Assembly (NCBI GenBank): GCA_964634935.1
Contig: CAZWJT010000006.1
Span: forward strand, 74,189-138,188
Origin: an uncultured Planctomycetia bacterium
GTDB lineage: Bacteria > Omnitrophota > Gorgyraeia > Duberdicusellales > Duberdicusellaceae
Direction of reading: 5' to 3'
DNA length: 64,000 nt
The notes beneath the pieces are model-generated. The model searched no databases. It had not been told where the DNA came from and saw nothing but the letters and a program-made list of their open reading frames with translations. Shown piece after piece: positions 18,478 through 28,304 of the stretch. A program made the translations under genes and the position numbers. The number at the start of each line of letters is the position of its first letter. Within the stretch, counting starts at the first letter, position 1.

Positions 18478-21411
18478 ATGGTAAGAGCAGCGCGCACCAG
18501 CATACTTTCATTCGTAATTTTCTTATCTCCTTTTTTTGTTTTTGCCTCTTCTTTAGACCACCTTATTGATTCGGGTAAAAGCTATTATTTCCAGGGTGAT
18601 TACGCAAACGCAACCAGAGAGTTTGGCAAGGCGTTGTTGCTTGATCCCTCCAGCCTTGTGGCTCAAGAATACCTAAATCGTGCACAAGCAAAAATTCACA
18701 ATCAGAATGTGGAAGATCTATTGAGCATGATGGAAGATGTTCATCGGGAGAAGACAGCACCCTTGACAACGACAATATCTCAACGGGAACAACAATCTGT
18801 TTCAGAAACCGCATTACCAGAAAGCGCTCAATCTGAAGACGATTACGGCATATCTACTGTGGGTCAGGACGCCATACAGCTTCCGCCGTCTGCCTTGCTC
18901 GGTCCGTCTTCTCAAGGTCCATCAAATATTCCAGAAACGTCGCAATCAATCCAGCAAGATATTGAGAAAGCAGATGTGCCTTCCGCATTTGATGGGGGAG
19001 ATATAAACCAGACTCCTCTTTTAACCAAGCAGCCTACTCCAGCTCCGTCGGTTCCTTCCGAAACTAATATTCAGGATCAGCCGAAAGGACCAATTGTAGT
19101 TACCGGAGATTACCAGATTGGTTTTGGTGTAGACATGGATGAAGACGGGAGCGTTTATTGGAAGCGTTCCAACTACGATTTGAACGAGGAGAATTGGAGA
19201 ACTCTCGACGGAACGAATTTGAATAATTTCGAGAATACCTATGACCCAGCCATATTTAGTAAGTTGCACATTGCTGTTGATGACAACCAGGAGAAAGGGT
19301 TAGGTTTTCATACAGACCTCGACATCAGTCCTTGGAGTTTTGTCGGTAAATCAAATAAGTTGCATCTCGATGGCCAAACATGGATAGATGATGTAGAACT
19401 GCAAGTGAAGTATTGGTCAAACTCCGGCTATACGGTTAATGAAACAGTATATACGTTGCAGAATGGGGATTCTCTGAATATCCCGGAGATGAAACTTATC
19501 AACGGACGGATTCTTCCGGTAACGCTTACCTCTTTGTTCGGAAATACCTATACGATTCCCGAAGTAGACATAAGCAGGGAATTTTGGCCTTTGCGCGAAA
19601 TGTGGTTTGATTACACAACGGATGTCCTTACGCTCACAGTTTTTCCCGCCGCACTCCAGAGCAAAGCATATACCTCAGATGATATTCTGGGCTTGTCAAA
19701 CCGTAAAGTTTATTGGGAGGAAAGCCCTTGGCTTGATAGCTGGGCCCACGGACACTTAAATAATCTGAGCGGTGATTTTTCCAAGGGGTATTGGGATGAT
19801 TCCCTGAGTTTTTACAGTAAAGATTATTCAGCGTCGTATCTGACGAATTTACGGGGTATTTCAGTTGAATACGACGTCGATCTTTTAAGTTTTGACGCCA
19901 CATTGGCATCTCCTAAAACGCTGTGGCAGGAATATGACCTGTTTGATACGTACGCTGGAGCAAGCCGGATGAAGTACCTTCCTTTTGAAAACCTGCAAAT
20001 CGGAACAACATACACCGGAAAGCTTGGATACTATGAGGATAAACTTGACGCAACGAGTCAAACCGTTGGCGTCGATGTGACGTATGGTATTTCTGATACG
20101 ACAAAAGTTGGTCTAGGCCTTGCTACTTCGCGTGCTACTCAGGATAAGACCTCTCCGGATTATGAGACACAGAAGAGAGGCCATGCTTTTAAATTTGATT
20201 ATACGGCTTCTTCCGAAGCGGATATTTTTGCAAAAGATTATTTTGCTATCCGACCAGAAGAAAAGTCCGCTGTTCCATTTTACCGTCTGAACCTTGGAGT
20301 CGCACATATGGATAAAGGATTTGAGGCGGCTCTTTCGAATTATCATGAAACACGGGACGATAGTTTTTGGTCCCGGCACATCCATTTCCGCAAGCCGTTT
20401 GATTATTACTATAGTGGACTGTATGGGACGCCAATTGGCTGGGCAGACATCGAACCTTACAAAATTGGAGATGGTATTGATTACGGCAGAGATGTGATCA
20501 GGATGCGGTGTGAGTGGATGAATTTGCTTGACTCAAACTTTGACGGGTTATTTGATACCCGCAATGTCCATGACACGAATGGTAAGTTTATTGAAAATGT
20601 GACTCATATCGAAGGCACTTATAGGATAGGAGATAAATTCACCGCGAAAGCATTAGGAATACATCATAAACTTCCCAAAACTCAAGCCGGAGTTGATCCA
20701 TTTCTTGTGAATGCTGATACTATGGATCCTCTTGAAAACAGCGAAATCGTGGATGGTAAAGACCCGACGCTCAAAACAGGTTCTGTCGGGGCAGAGTACG
20801 CGTTCACGGACTGGTTGAGCTTGGACGCGACATGGGAACATACGAATGACTTAATGCTTGCATCTGACAATTTTCCTCGAGGTTTGCTTACCTGGACGAG
20901 TTTTGCTACTTACACCGAATATGGCAATGTTTACCGGGAACTCATTCAGGGCTTAAATCACGAGATAGAATTTCCGCTTCCGGAATATCCGTATTTCGAT
21001 ATTTTTAAAGCTGGATTACGCCTAAAACCAGTTGATAAGCTGGAGTTGTATTTTGATTGGACCCGCAATGAATACGAGTGGGCACAGGCGATGGACAGCA
21101 ATTTTAATCATATTGGTTTAGAAGCAGCGTATCTTCCAGTTGAAAAGCTTGCGCTCTATGCGCGGTACACGTATTCGTATATGAATGATTACTCAGAGCT
21201 TAACAATAACCAAGGGGTAAACCAGCATAGCCACCATAATTTCTTTTCCGAAATTCGCTATCGCCCCCTTGATGATCGGGAGATTATTTTCCAGTACGGT
21301 GTCGGAGGTTTAGTGCCAATCGGAGTTATTACTGGTTCTCCTTTTGGCGGTTCACTCCCGGTGCTCGATACTCAGCATATCATTCGAATGTTTTACCGAA
21401 AAAAATTCTAA
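18478..21411 (+). CDS. Large outer-membrane beta-barrel protein with N-terminal TPR and a Pro/Ser/Thr-rich linker
   Basis: Signal peptide; TPR-like GDYANATREFGKALLLDPSS; C-terminus ...RMFYRKKF ends in Phe (OMP signature); rich in Y/W/G/N/D as in beta-barrels. Confidence 0.5.
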   Translation: MVRAARTSILSFVIFLSPFFVFASSLDHLIDSGKSYYFQGDYANATREFGKALLLDPSSLVAQEYLNRAQAKIHNQNVEDLLSMMEDVHREKTAPLTTTISQREQQSVSETALPESAQSEDDYGISTVGQDAIQLPPSALLGPSSQGPSNIPETSQSIQQDIEKADVPSAFDGGDINQTPLLTKQPTPAPSVPSETNIQDQPKGPIVVTGDYQIGFGVDMDEDGSVYWKRSNYDLNEENWRTLDGTNLNNFENTYDPAIFSKLHIAVDDNQEKGLGFHTDLDISPWSFVGKSNKLHLDGQTWIDDVELQVKYWSNSGYTVNETVYTLQNGDSLNIPEMKLINGRILPVTLTSLFGNTYTIPEVDISREFWPLREMWFDYTTDVLTLTVFPAALQSKAYTSDDILGLSNRKVYWEESPWLDSWAHGHLNNLSGDFSKGYWDDSLSFYSKDYSASYLTNLRGISVEYDVDLLSFDATLASPKTLWQEYDLFDTYAGASRMKYLPFENLQIGTTYTGKLGYYEDKLDATSQTVGVDVTYGISDTTKVGLGLATSRATQDKTSPDYETQKRGHAFKFDYTASSEADIFAKDYFAIRPEEKSAVPFYRLNLGVAHMDKGFEAALSNYHETRDDSFWSRHIHFRKPFDYYYSGLYGTPIGWADIEPYKIGDGIDYGRDVIRMRCEWMNLLDSNFDGLFDTRNVHDTNGKFIENVTHIEGTYRIGDKFTAKALGIHHKLPKTQAGVDPFLVNADTMDPLENSEIVDGKDPTLKTGSVGAEYAFTDWLSLDATWEHTNDLMLASDNFPRGLLTWTSFATYTEYGNVYRELIQGLNHEIEFPLPEYPYFDIFKAGLRLKPVDKLELYFDWTRNEYEWAQAMDSNFNHIGLEAAYLPVEKLALYARYTYSYMNDYSELNNNQGVNQHSHHNFFSEIRYRPLDDREIIFQYGVGGLVPIGVITGSPFGGSLPVLDTQHIIRMFYRKKF

Positions 21412-21416
21412 TTTTC

Positions 21417-22604
21417 ATGGAAAAAGAGAAGGATTTTCTAGAAGGAGAAATATCAGAGAAAAGTAAGCGTACGCTTGCGATCCTCGAGGTGCTGCGTCGT
21501 CGCGGCCCGTTAAGCCGAATGGATATCTCCAAGACAATCGGCATTAATCCGGTCACTGTTTCAAATTACATCGATCGCCTCATCGCTCACGATGTTATTT
21601 ATGAAAAAGAGTTCGATGTTTCTACCGGCGGCAGGAGGCCGATGCTTCTTGATTTGAATCCTGATGCTGGGTATGTGCTCGGAGTAGGCATTAATTTATT
21701 CGATGCCGTAGGCGTCGTGACGAATCTTGACGGGAAAGTCATCTATCGCTACAAAAAAGAAGGCAGCGTGGCAACGCCGAATGCGGTAATTGAAACGATC
21801 ATTTCAGTCATAGAAAATCTTTTGAGCTCTTCGCAGATACACTTAAGCAAAGTCAAGGGCATCGGAGTCGGGGTGGGCGGGGTTGTTGATAAGAAACGAG
21901 GAGTTATCCGTTGGCCGCAGAAAGCAAACCATTCAGTTACCTATACCTATATTACGATGCCTTTGCAAGGGTATTTGGAGAACAAATATAATGTTCCAGT
22001 CTTTGTAGACAATGACGCAACGTTGGCTTGTTTTGCTGAGCACTGGTTTTCTTTAGACGCGAATATTCGCAATGTTGTTTATATGTTTTCCGGCGTAGGG
22101 GCAGGTTTAGTTCTTAACTCAGAGATTTACACGGGAGTCAGCGGGTGCGCAGGAGAGCTTTTTATCAATATTGCTCCGAATGAAGCAAACTGTTTTTTTG
22201 GTGACTGTGCAATCTTAAGCCAATGGGATAAAGATTTATATTTAGTTGAGCGAACGAACCAGCTTCTGCAGACCGAAGGAATTTCCGTTGAGACGATTGA
22301 AGAAGTTTTTGGTCTGGCTGCACGCCATATCGCGGTTAAAGAGTTGATTTACGAAGCAGCTAGAGCGCTGGCGATAAAGATAGCGTTTTTAGTGAATCTT
22401 TTGAATCCAGAGGTAGTCATTATTGGCGGCGGGATGGAAAAAGGCGGATTTGAATTTATAGAACGGATTAACCACTTTGTGCGTAAGTATGCCTTTGAGG
22501 AGATGACGAAAGATTTAAGAATCGTTCCTTCATCTCTCGGTGACGATAGTGTTGCTTTAGGAGCCGCAAGTTTAGTTGTAAGAAATATATTTACTTCGAT
22601 ATAG
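21417..22604 (+). CDS. ROK-family transcriptional regulator
   Basis: N-terminal winged HTH (LAILEVLRRRGPLSRMDISKTIGINPVTVSNYIDRL) plus ROK sugar-kinase-like fold (GIGVGVGGVVD...VDNDATLACFAEHWF). Confidence 0.8.
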   Translation: MEKEKDFLEGEISEKSKRTLAILEVLRRRGPLSRMDISKTIGINPVTVSNYIDRLIAHDVIYEKEFDVSTGGRRPMLLDLNPDAGYVLGVGINLFDAVGVVTNLDGKVIYRYKKEGSVATPNAVIETIISVIENLLSSSQIHLSKVKGIGVGVGGVVDKKRGVIRWPQKANHSVTYTYITMPLQGYLENKYNVPVFVDNDATLACFAEHWFSLDANIRNVVYMFSGVGAGLVLNSEIYTGVSGCAGELFINIAPNEANCFFGDCAILSQWDKDLYLVERTNQLLQTEGISVETIEEVFGLAARHIAVKELIYEAARALAIKIAFLVNLLNPEVVIIGGGMEKGGFEFIERINHFVRKYAFEEMTKDLRIVPSSLGDDSVALGAASLVVRNIFTSI

Positions 22605-22638
22605 GTTATGTTATAATCCGTTTTATAGGGAGGTGAGT

Positions 22639-23835
22639 ATGGGACAAAGCAAGTTTCCGGTAATAGTTTTAGGAGTCCTCTTTTTGGTAAGCGCGGGATT
22701 GGCGTATTTATTTTATGATAAAAGTCAGAAATTATTTGATGAAAAACAGACTCTTCAGAAAGAGAAAGATCAATTAACAGAGGATAACGCCGCCTTAAAA
22801 GGCCAAGTAAATTCGTTGCGATCAGAGAAGGATCGGCTTACCCGCAATCTTGAAGAAGTGAACGCTATGCTCGCTCGTACCGAAAAAGAGCGCGATGATT
22901 TGAAACGACGGTACGATACAACTTCGCAAGAACGTGATGCCGCCCTGCAGGAAATTCAGAAATTGAAAGCTTCTTCTCCTGCCGGCGCCCAAGAAATGGC
23001 CGCTGCCGTTAATCAAGATGCAGGCGCTACCCCGGCAACTTCAGATAAATATTGGCAGGACTTAATTGTCAAGAGAGCTGAATTGCAGACCAAGCTCGAG
23101 AAAACAGTCGCGGATCTGAACGCGCAGACAAACCAGTTGAAAATAGTCGAGCAAGAAAAACGCGATTTAGCCGATAAAGTTTCCGCTTTAGAAAATGACA
23201 AGCGTGATTTGCAAAGCAAAATTGATTTTAACACTCGCACCGTTGAGATTATTTCTCGTGATTTAATCCGCGAGAAGACTTCGCGGAATGAAGCCGAAGA
23301 GCGGATTAAGGCGCTGAAGAAAGAAAACATCGAAATGCGCAAAGAATTGAAAATGGTCGCGCAGATAAAAGAGGACACGGAGAAGAAGTATCAGCAGGCT
23401 CAGCAGGTACGCAATGTTCTCGAACGGAAAGTAAAAGATGTTGAAGGGGTGCTCAAAGAGAAAGCACTCGAAATGAAAGAACTTCATGAACAGGTTGCTA
23501 CAACTGCGGATACTGCTCAAGGCGTTGTCGCCGGACAAGTCAAAGCGGTTGAGCTTCCTCCCATAGTCGTTAAGCCAGACACTACTCCTTTCTCCCAGCC
23601 AAAGGTAACACAAGGAAGAGTGTTGGTTGTTAATGAAGAAGAAATGCTTGTTGGTATCGATATTGGTCTTTCGCACGGAGTACGGCCAGGTATGAAGTTT
23701 GTGGTTTTACGGCAGAATCAGAAAATCGCAACGCTTACCGTTGTAAAATGCCAAGCGAATGTTTCGGTGTGCGATATCGAACAGATAAAACCAGGCGAAC
23801 GGATTATTGAAAAAGACCTGATTGAACTCCAATAG
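22639..23835 (+). CDS. Membrane-anchored coiled-coil protein
   Basis: N-terminal TM (FPVIVLGVLFLVSAGLAYLF); about 270 aa of heptad-rich E/K/Q/L sequence; small C-terminal beta domain. RBS GGGAGGTGA before ATG 22639. Confidence 0.5.
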   Translation: MGQSKFPVIVLGVLFLVSAGLAYLFYDKSQKLFDEKQTLQKEKDQLTEDNAALKGQVNSLRSEKDRLTRNLEEVNAMLARTEKERDDLKRRYDTTSQERDAALQEIQKLKASSPAGAQEMAAAVNQDAGATPATSDKYWQDLIVKRAELQTKLEKTVADLNAQTNQLKIVEQEKRDLADKVSALENDKRDLQSKIDFNTRTVEIISRDLIREKTSRNEAEERIKALKKENIEMRKELKMVAQIKEDTEKKYQQAQQVRNVLERKVKDVEGVLKEKALEMKELHEQVATTADTAQGVVAGQVKAVELPPIVVKPDTTPFSQPKVTQGRVLVVNEEEMLVGIDIGLSHGVRPGMKFVVLRQNQKIATLTVVKCQANVSVCDIEQIKPGERIIEKDLIELQ

Positions 23836-23908
23836 GATTTCTGAGTAGTTAAAAAGAGTTCCGTAGTTACTTCCTTTGCTCTCCATAGAGTTCTGACTGA
23901 GGTGTTGT

Positions 23909-24901
23909 GTGACCATCAAGGATGTTGCGAGAAAAGCCGGCGTTTCCATTGCTACAGTATCTCGAGTCTTAAACGATCCAGCCCAAGTTTCTCCAGAAAA
24001 AAGATATCTTGTCGAAGAAGCGATAAAAACTCTCCATTTTAAGCCTAATGCGTCAGCGCGGCGGCTTGCCGGTGGTCGAGCCAATACGATAGGATTGATT
24101 ATTCCTGAGTATGAGGGGATTTTTAGTTCTTTTTATGCGCTCGAAATTATTAAATATGTTGGCCGGGAGGTCGAACGTCTTAAAAAAGATCTTTTTGTTC
24201 ATATCTTTCGCGGAAGAGACGTTTTTGATGAAAGCAAGGTTGATGCTGTTCTATTTTCCGATCTTATCGCGAATGATGAACAGCTGAAACGCATTATCAG
24301 CCGCGGCGTTTTCTGCGTGGTCATCAATAATAATGCTTTTGGAATGCCGGTAAGCTTTGTGTCGATTGATAATTACAAGGCAGCGTTTGATATCGTTGAA
24401 TACTTACTCGGTCTAGGCCATGTGCGGATTGCGCATATTACCGGAGACCTAAAAACACAGTGCGCAAAAGACCGACTTTTAGGTTTTCAGGAAGCGTTGC
24501 ACAGGAACAATATTCTTTTCCCAGAGGCATATATCCAAAAAGGCGATTTCTCTCGTACTTCAGCTCGTAGATGTTTTGAGAATCTTTTTAAACTGCAAGA
24601 GCCGCCAACGGCTATTTTCTGTGCTTCCGATGATATGGCAGAAGAAGTGCTGCAGGTATGTAGCGAGCGGAGCGTTAAGGTTCCTGAGCAGGTTTCGTTG
24701 GTTGGTTTTGATGAGAATCCGAATTACCTCTATAGCCCAGTGAGCTTGACAACGGTGAATCAGCCATTGGAAGCAATGATCAAAGAGGCAATTGGATTCA
24801 TCGAGAAGTTTCTCGAGACGCGAAAATCAACCGTCTTACAAAAAGTGCTTCCTGCTGCGCTTGTGATTCGCGAGTCGACCGCTCCTCCGGAAAAGAAATA
24901 A
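23909..24901 (+). CDS. LacI-family transcriptional regulator
   Basis: MTIKDVARKAGVSIATVSRVLN HTH followed by a periplasmic-binding-protein-like sugar-binding core. Confidence 0.9.
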   Translation: MTIKDVARKAGVSIATVSRVLNDPAQVSPEKRYLVEEAIKTLHFKPNASARRLAGGRANTIGLIIPEYEGIFSSFYALEIIKYVGREVERLKKDLFVHIFRGRDVFDESKVDAVLFSDLIANDEQLKRIISRGVFCVVINNNAFGMPVSFVSIDNYKAAFDIVEYLLGLGHVRIAHITGDLKTQCAKDRLLGFQEALHRNNILFPEAYIQKGDFSRTSARRCFENLFKLQEPPTAIFCASDDMAEEVLQVCSERSVKVPEQVSLVGFDENPNYLYSPVSLTTVNQPLEAMIKEAIGFIEKFLETRKSTVLQKVLPAALVIRESTAPPEKK

Positions 24902-24984
24902 TATTTTTTCCTTCTTACAGGAGCCAAAGCTTTTTTGTGTCTTTTTTGAAATACCAACAAATTGTGTTCACTATCCATAGATAG

Positions 24985-25034
24985 CACAATATATTGTATA
25001 TTAAACTTGACAAAGGAAATTTTGTGTGTAAGAT
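24985..25034 (+). promoter_or_regulatory. NrdR-box-like palindrome(s) overlapping a TTGACA-16-TAAGAT promoter upstream of nrdJ
   Basis: gCACAATATATTGTat (24985-24997) fits the NrdR box consensus acaCwAtATaTwGtgt. A second weaker palindrome ACAAAGGAAATTTTGT sits at 25010-25025. -35 TTGACA 25007-25012, -10 TAAGAT 25029-25034. Confidence 0.45.
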
Positions 25035-25080
25035 GAAAAATGGAATTCTTTAAAATAAATATTTGAAAGGAGCGTGTGGC

Positions 25081-27369
25081 ATGGAACCGAAACTGTCCCA
25101 GAACGCTTTACTCGTGTTAGAGAAGCGCTACTTAAAAAAAGATGAACACGGAACTGTTATTGAGACCCCTCAGGAATTATTCATGCGTGTTTCCAGCGCG
25201 ATAGCCCAAGCTGAAAGAATATATGGAGTGGCGGATGAGGATGTACAAAAGATACAAGAATCGTTTTATTCTTTAATGACTCATTTTGAATTTATGCCTA
25301 ATTCCCCGACTTTAATGAATGCAGGGAAAGAACTAGGACAATTGTCCGCATGTTTCGTTCTTCCCATAGAGGACAGTATGGATTCCATTTTTGAAAGCCT
25401 CAAGGCAACCGCGTTGATCCATAAATCTGGAGGAGGAACCGGATTTAATTTTTCTCGGCTTCGTCCAAAAAACAGCGTTGTCCGTACTACCGGGGGAGTG
25501 GCTTCGGGTCCAGTATCATTTATGAAAGTGTTTGATGCAGCGACCCAGGCAGTTAAGCAAGGAGGTACTCGGCGCGGTGCGAATATGGGTATTCTCCGCG
25601 TTGATCATCCCGATATATTGGAATTTATTCAATGTAAAGAAAAAGAGGGAGAAATTTCCAATTTCAACATTTCTATAGCCATAACTGATGAGTTTATGGA
25701 AAAAGTTGTCCATGGAGGAGAATACGCTTTAGTTGATCCGCATACGCATCAGGCTCAAGGTACGTTGAGTGCGCAGAAAGTATTTGATCTCATCACCGAA
25801 GGGGCGCATCGGAATGGAGAACCGGGAATTGTTTTTATTGATAAAATTAATGCCAATAATCCTGTTTCTCATCTGGGTGCTATCGAAAGTACAAACCCTT
25901 GCGGAGAACAGCCGCTTCTTCCCTATGAGTCTTGCAATTTAGGTTCGATCAATCTGGCTAAAATGGTGAAACGCGATAGTTCAGGATATATTATTGATTG
26001 GGATCGATTGAAACGCACCGTTAATGTTTCAGTGCGTTTTCTTGATAATGTTATCGATATGAATCGTTTCCCGTTGCCAGAAATTGGAGAAAATACCAAA
26101 AAAACAAGGAAGATCGGTTTAGGGGTTATGGGCTGGGCAACTCTTTTATGCTATCTGGGTATTCCGTATGATTCAGAAGAAGCTTTGAATCTGGCTGAGA
26201 AATTAATGGCTTTCATCCTGAAACAGGCTCGTCTTGCCTCTTCGATGTTAGCAAAAGAAAAAGGAGTTTTTCCTGCATATCGGGGAAGTATTTACGATAA
26301 AGAGAATCTTGTCGTACGAAATGCTACTTTAACAACGCTTGCTCCTACCGGTACAATTAGTATCATTGCTGGTCCTACTTCGTCTGGCATTGAACCGATT
26401 TTCGCGCTTGTTTATTATCGCAAAGTTCTAGACGGTCAGAAATTAGCTGAAATTGATCCTGCTTTCGAGGAGATTGCCCGGAAAAAAGGATTTTACTCAG
26501 AAGCACTGTTAGAAAAGATTGCTCAAAGCAACGGATCGATAAAAGATATTCAGGAAATTCCAGAAGAGATCCGCCGGATGTTTGTTACTGCTTTGGATAT
26601 TGATCCAGTCTGGCATATTCGTATGCAAGCCGCGTTTCAAAAGTATACCGATAATGCTGTTTCTAAAACGATAAACCTTCCTTCTTCGGCAACTCTTGAG
26701 GACGTAAAAGAAGCGTATCTGCTTGCCTATAAGTTGGGTTGTAAGGGGGTAACCGTGTATCGGGATAAATCTCGGCAAGAGCAGGTGTTAAACATCGGCC
26801 TTTCAGAAAACGCCCATAAACCAGAGCAGATTCCATTGCCAGAAGAAATACTTCCGAAGCCAAGGCCCGAAGTCATTATCGGTACAACCACCAAGGTTAC
26901 TACCGGCTGCGGAAATCTTTATGTGACGATCAACCAAGACGAGAAAGGAAGTCTTTTTGAGGTTTTTACGCAGATGGGGAAGGCTGGAGGATGTGCTGGT
27001 TCTCAATTGGAAGCTGTAGGGCGGTTAATTTCACTTTCGCTCCGGGGTGGACTTGATATCAAAGCGGTTGTCGAACAGCTCAAGGGAATACGTTGCCCTT
27101 CTCCGTCATGGGCAAACGGCAAGAAGATATTTTCCTGTGCTGATGCGATTGCCCGGGTACTTGAACGACGGGCAACCGACCAGCAAGAAATTATTCAGAC
27201 AAAAGCCACCGAGAATGAGACCGAAGAGGCCCTCGATGATTTACTTTCCCGTTCTTCCATCGGACATGTAAGCACAAACGTTGTTGGTGTTTGTCCGGAA
27301 TGCGGCCTTGCGTTGCGTCACGAAGAAGGATGTGTAGTTTGTCTTTCCTGCGGTTATTCAAAATGTTAG
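25081..27369 (+). CDS. nrdJ: Adenosylcobalamin-dependent ribonucleoside reductase (class II, NrdJ)
   Basis: LSQNALLVLEKRYLKKDEHG...TPQELFMRVS...NPCGEQPL...; C-terminal zinc ribbon CPECG...CVVCLSCG; RBS AAGGAG before ATG 25081 (ORF track starts at 25063). Confidence 0.85.
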   Translation: MEPKLSQNALLVLEKRYLKKDEHGTVIETPQELFMRVSSAIAQAERIYGVADEDVQKIQESFYSLMTHFEFMPNSPTLMNAGKELGQLSACFVLPIEDSMDSIFESLKATALIHKSGGGTGFNFSRLRPKNSVVRTTGGVASGPVSFMKVFDAATQAVKQGGTRRGANMGILRVDHPDILEFIQCKEKEGEISNFNISIAITDEFMEKVVHGGEYALVDPHTHQAQGTLSAQKVFDLITEGAHRNGEPGIVFIDKINANNPVSHLGAIESTNPCGEQPLLPYESCNLGSINLAKMVKRDSSGYIIDWDRLKRTVNVSVRFLDNVIDMNRFPLPEIGENTKKTRKIGLGVMGWATLLCYLGIPYDSEEALNLAEKLMAFILKQARLASSMLAKEKGVFPAYRGSIYDKENLVVRNATLTTLAPTGTISIIAGPTSSGIEPIFALVYYRKVLDGQKLAEIDPAFEEIARKKGFYSEALLEKIAQSNGSIKDIQEIPEEIRRMFVTALDIDPVWHIRMQAAFQKYTDNAVSKTINLPSSATLEDVKEAYLLAYKLGCKGVTVYRDKSRQEQVLNIGLSENAHKPEQIPLPEEILPKPRPEVIIGTTTKVTTGCGNLYVTINQDEKGSLFEVFTQMGKAGGCAGSQLEAVGRLISLSLRGGLDIKAVVEQLKGIRCPSPSWANGKKIFSCADAIARVLERRATDQQEIIQTKATENETEEALDDLLSRSSIGHVSTNVVGVCPECGLALRHEEGCVVCLSCGYSKC

Positions 27370-27438
27370 GCGTGGCTCAGGAGACAGCTGTTTTACATAC
27401 AAATTTTCCCGTTTGAGAAAAAATTTTAAAAACAAAAT

Positions 27439-27470
27439 CTTCCGGCGGAACCGCCGATTTTCTTCTTGAC
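27439..27470 (+). terminator. Putative rho-independent terminator after nrdJ
   Basis: TTCCGGCGGaacCCGCCGA hairpin plus TTTTCTTCTT. Confidence 0.45.
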
Positions 27471-27493
27471 TTGCTTTTCGTTTATGGTATAAC
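27466..27493 (+). promoter_or_regulatory. Sigma-70-like promoter TTGACT-16-TATAAC for the por operon
   Basis: Lies immediately after the terminator, 20 nt upstream of ATG 27513. Confidence 0.4.
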
Positions 27494-27512
27494 TAATTAA
27501 AATTTTTGTGCC

Positions 27513-28049
27513 ATGAAAGAAGTGAAGATATTTGCTCGTGCTGGACAGGGCGCAATTACCACTGCGGCAATTTTAGGGGAGGCTCTGTTTCACGAGGGAA
27601 AATTTGCCTATGCTTTTCCTCACTTCGGAGCAGCGCGGATGGGCGCTCCGATGAATGCTTTTTTAAGGTTTGATACGCAACCAATCAGGCTTCGTTCAAA
27701 AATAGAAACTCCCAATTATATTGTTATCGTTGATCCAACGCTTATTGAAAGTGAGCGGTGTTTTGTAGGGCTTGTTCAGGGAACGAAAGTGATCGTTGCT
27801 GTAAGGGACACTACGAAACTTCCAAAAGTAGAAGGAATCACAGTGAGCGCTCTTCCTGCTGAAAATATTGCTCAAGAAATTATTGGAAGACCTTTTGCCA
27901 ATACAGTTCTTGTAGGGGCTTTTGCCAAGGTGAGCAAAGAACTCTCGCTTGACTCGGTTTTGAAAGCAGTCAGCAAACAGTTTGAAGATAAGCCAGAAAT
28001 TTTAAAAAAGAACATCGCTGCTGTGACGAAAGGGTACGAAAGTGTTTAG
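27513..28049 (+). CDS. porG: Pyruvate:ferredoxin oxidoreductase, gamma subunit
   Basis: MKEVKIFARAGQGAITTAAILGEA... is typical of the PorG/KorC family. Confidence 0.85.
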   Translation: MKEVKIFARAGQGAITTAAILGEALFHEGKFAYAFPHFGAARMGAPMNAFLRFDTQPIRLRSKIETPNYIVIVDPTLIESERCFVGLVQGTKVIVAVRDTTKLPKVEGITVSALPAENIAQEIIGRPFANTVLVGAFAKVSKELSLDSVLKAVSKQFEDKPEILKKNIAAVTKGYESV

Positions 28050-28299
28050 CGTATTTGTTACGAGAGCAAAGACATCTGCTCAGAATAAAACAGGTTCTTG
28101 GCGGACACGCCTGAAGCCGTTGTTTTTGCAGAAGAACTGCATCGCCTGCGGTCTCTGCAAGCTTATCTGTCCTGAAGGATGCATTGAGGGAAAAGAAAAA
28201 AACAAATATTCGACCGATTATGAGTATTGCAAGGGGTGTGGGGTCTGTGCGTATATTTGTCCCAAGAAGGACATTGAAATGGTGAAAGAGGAAAAGTAG
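28042..28299 (+). CDS. porD: Pyruvate:ferredoxin oxidoreductase, delta subunit (2x[4Fe-4S])
   Basis: CIACGLCKLICPEGC and CKGCGVCAYICP cluster motifs. Confidence 0.85.
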   Translation: MFSVFVTRAKTSAQNKTGSWRTRLKPLFLQKNCIACGLCKLICPEGCIEGKEKNKYSTDYEYCKGCGVCAYICPKKDIEMVKEEK

Positions 28300-28304
28300 A
28301 GTTT

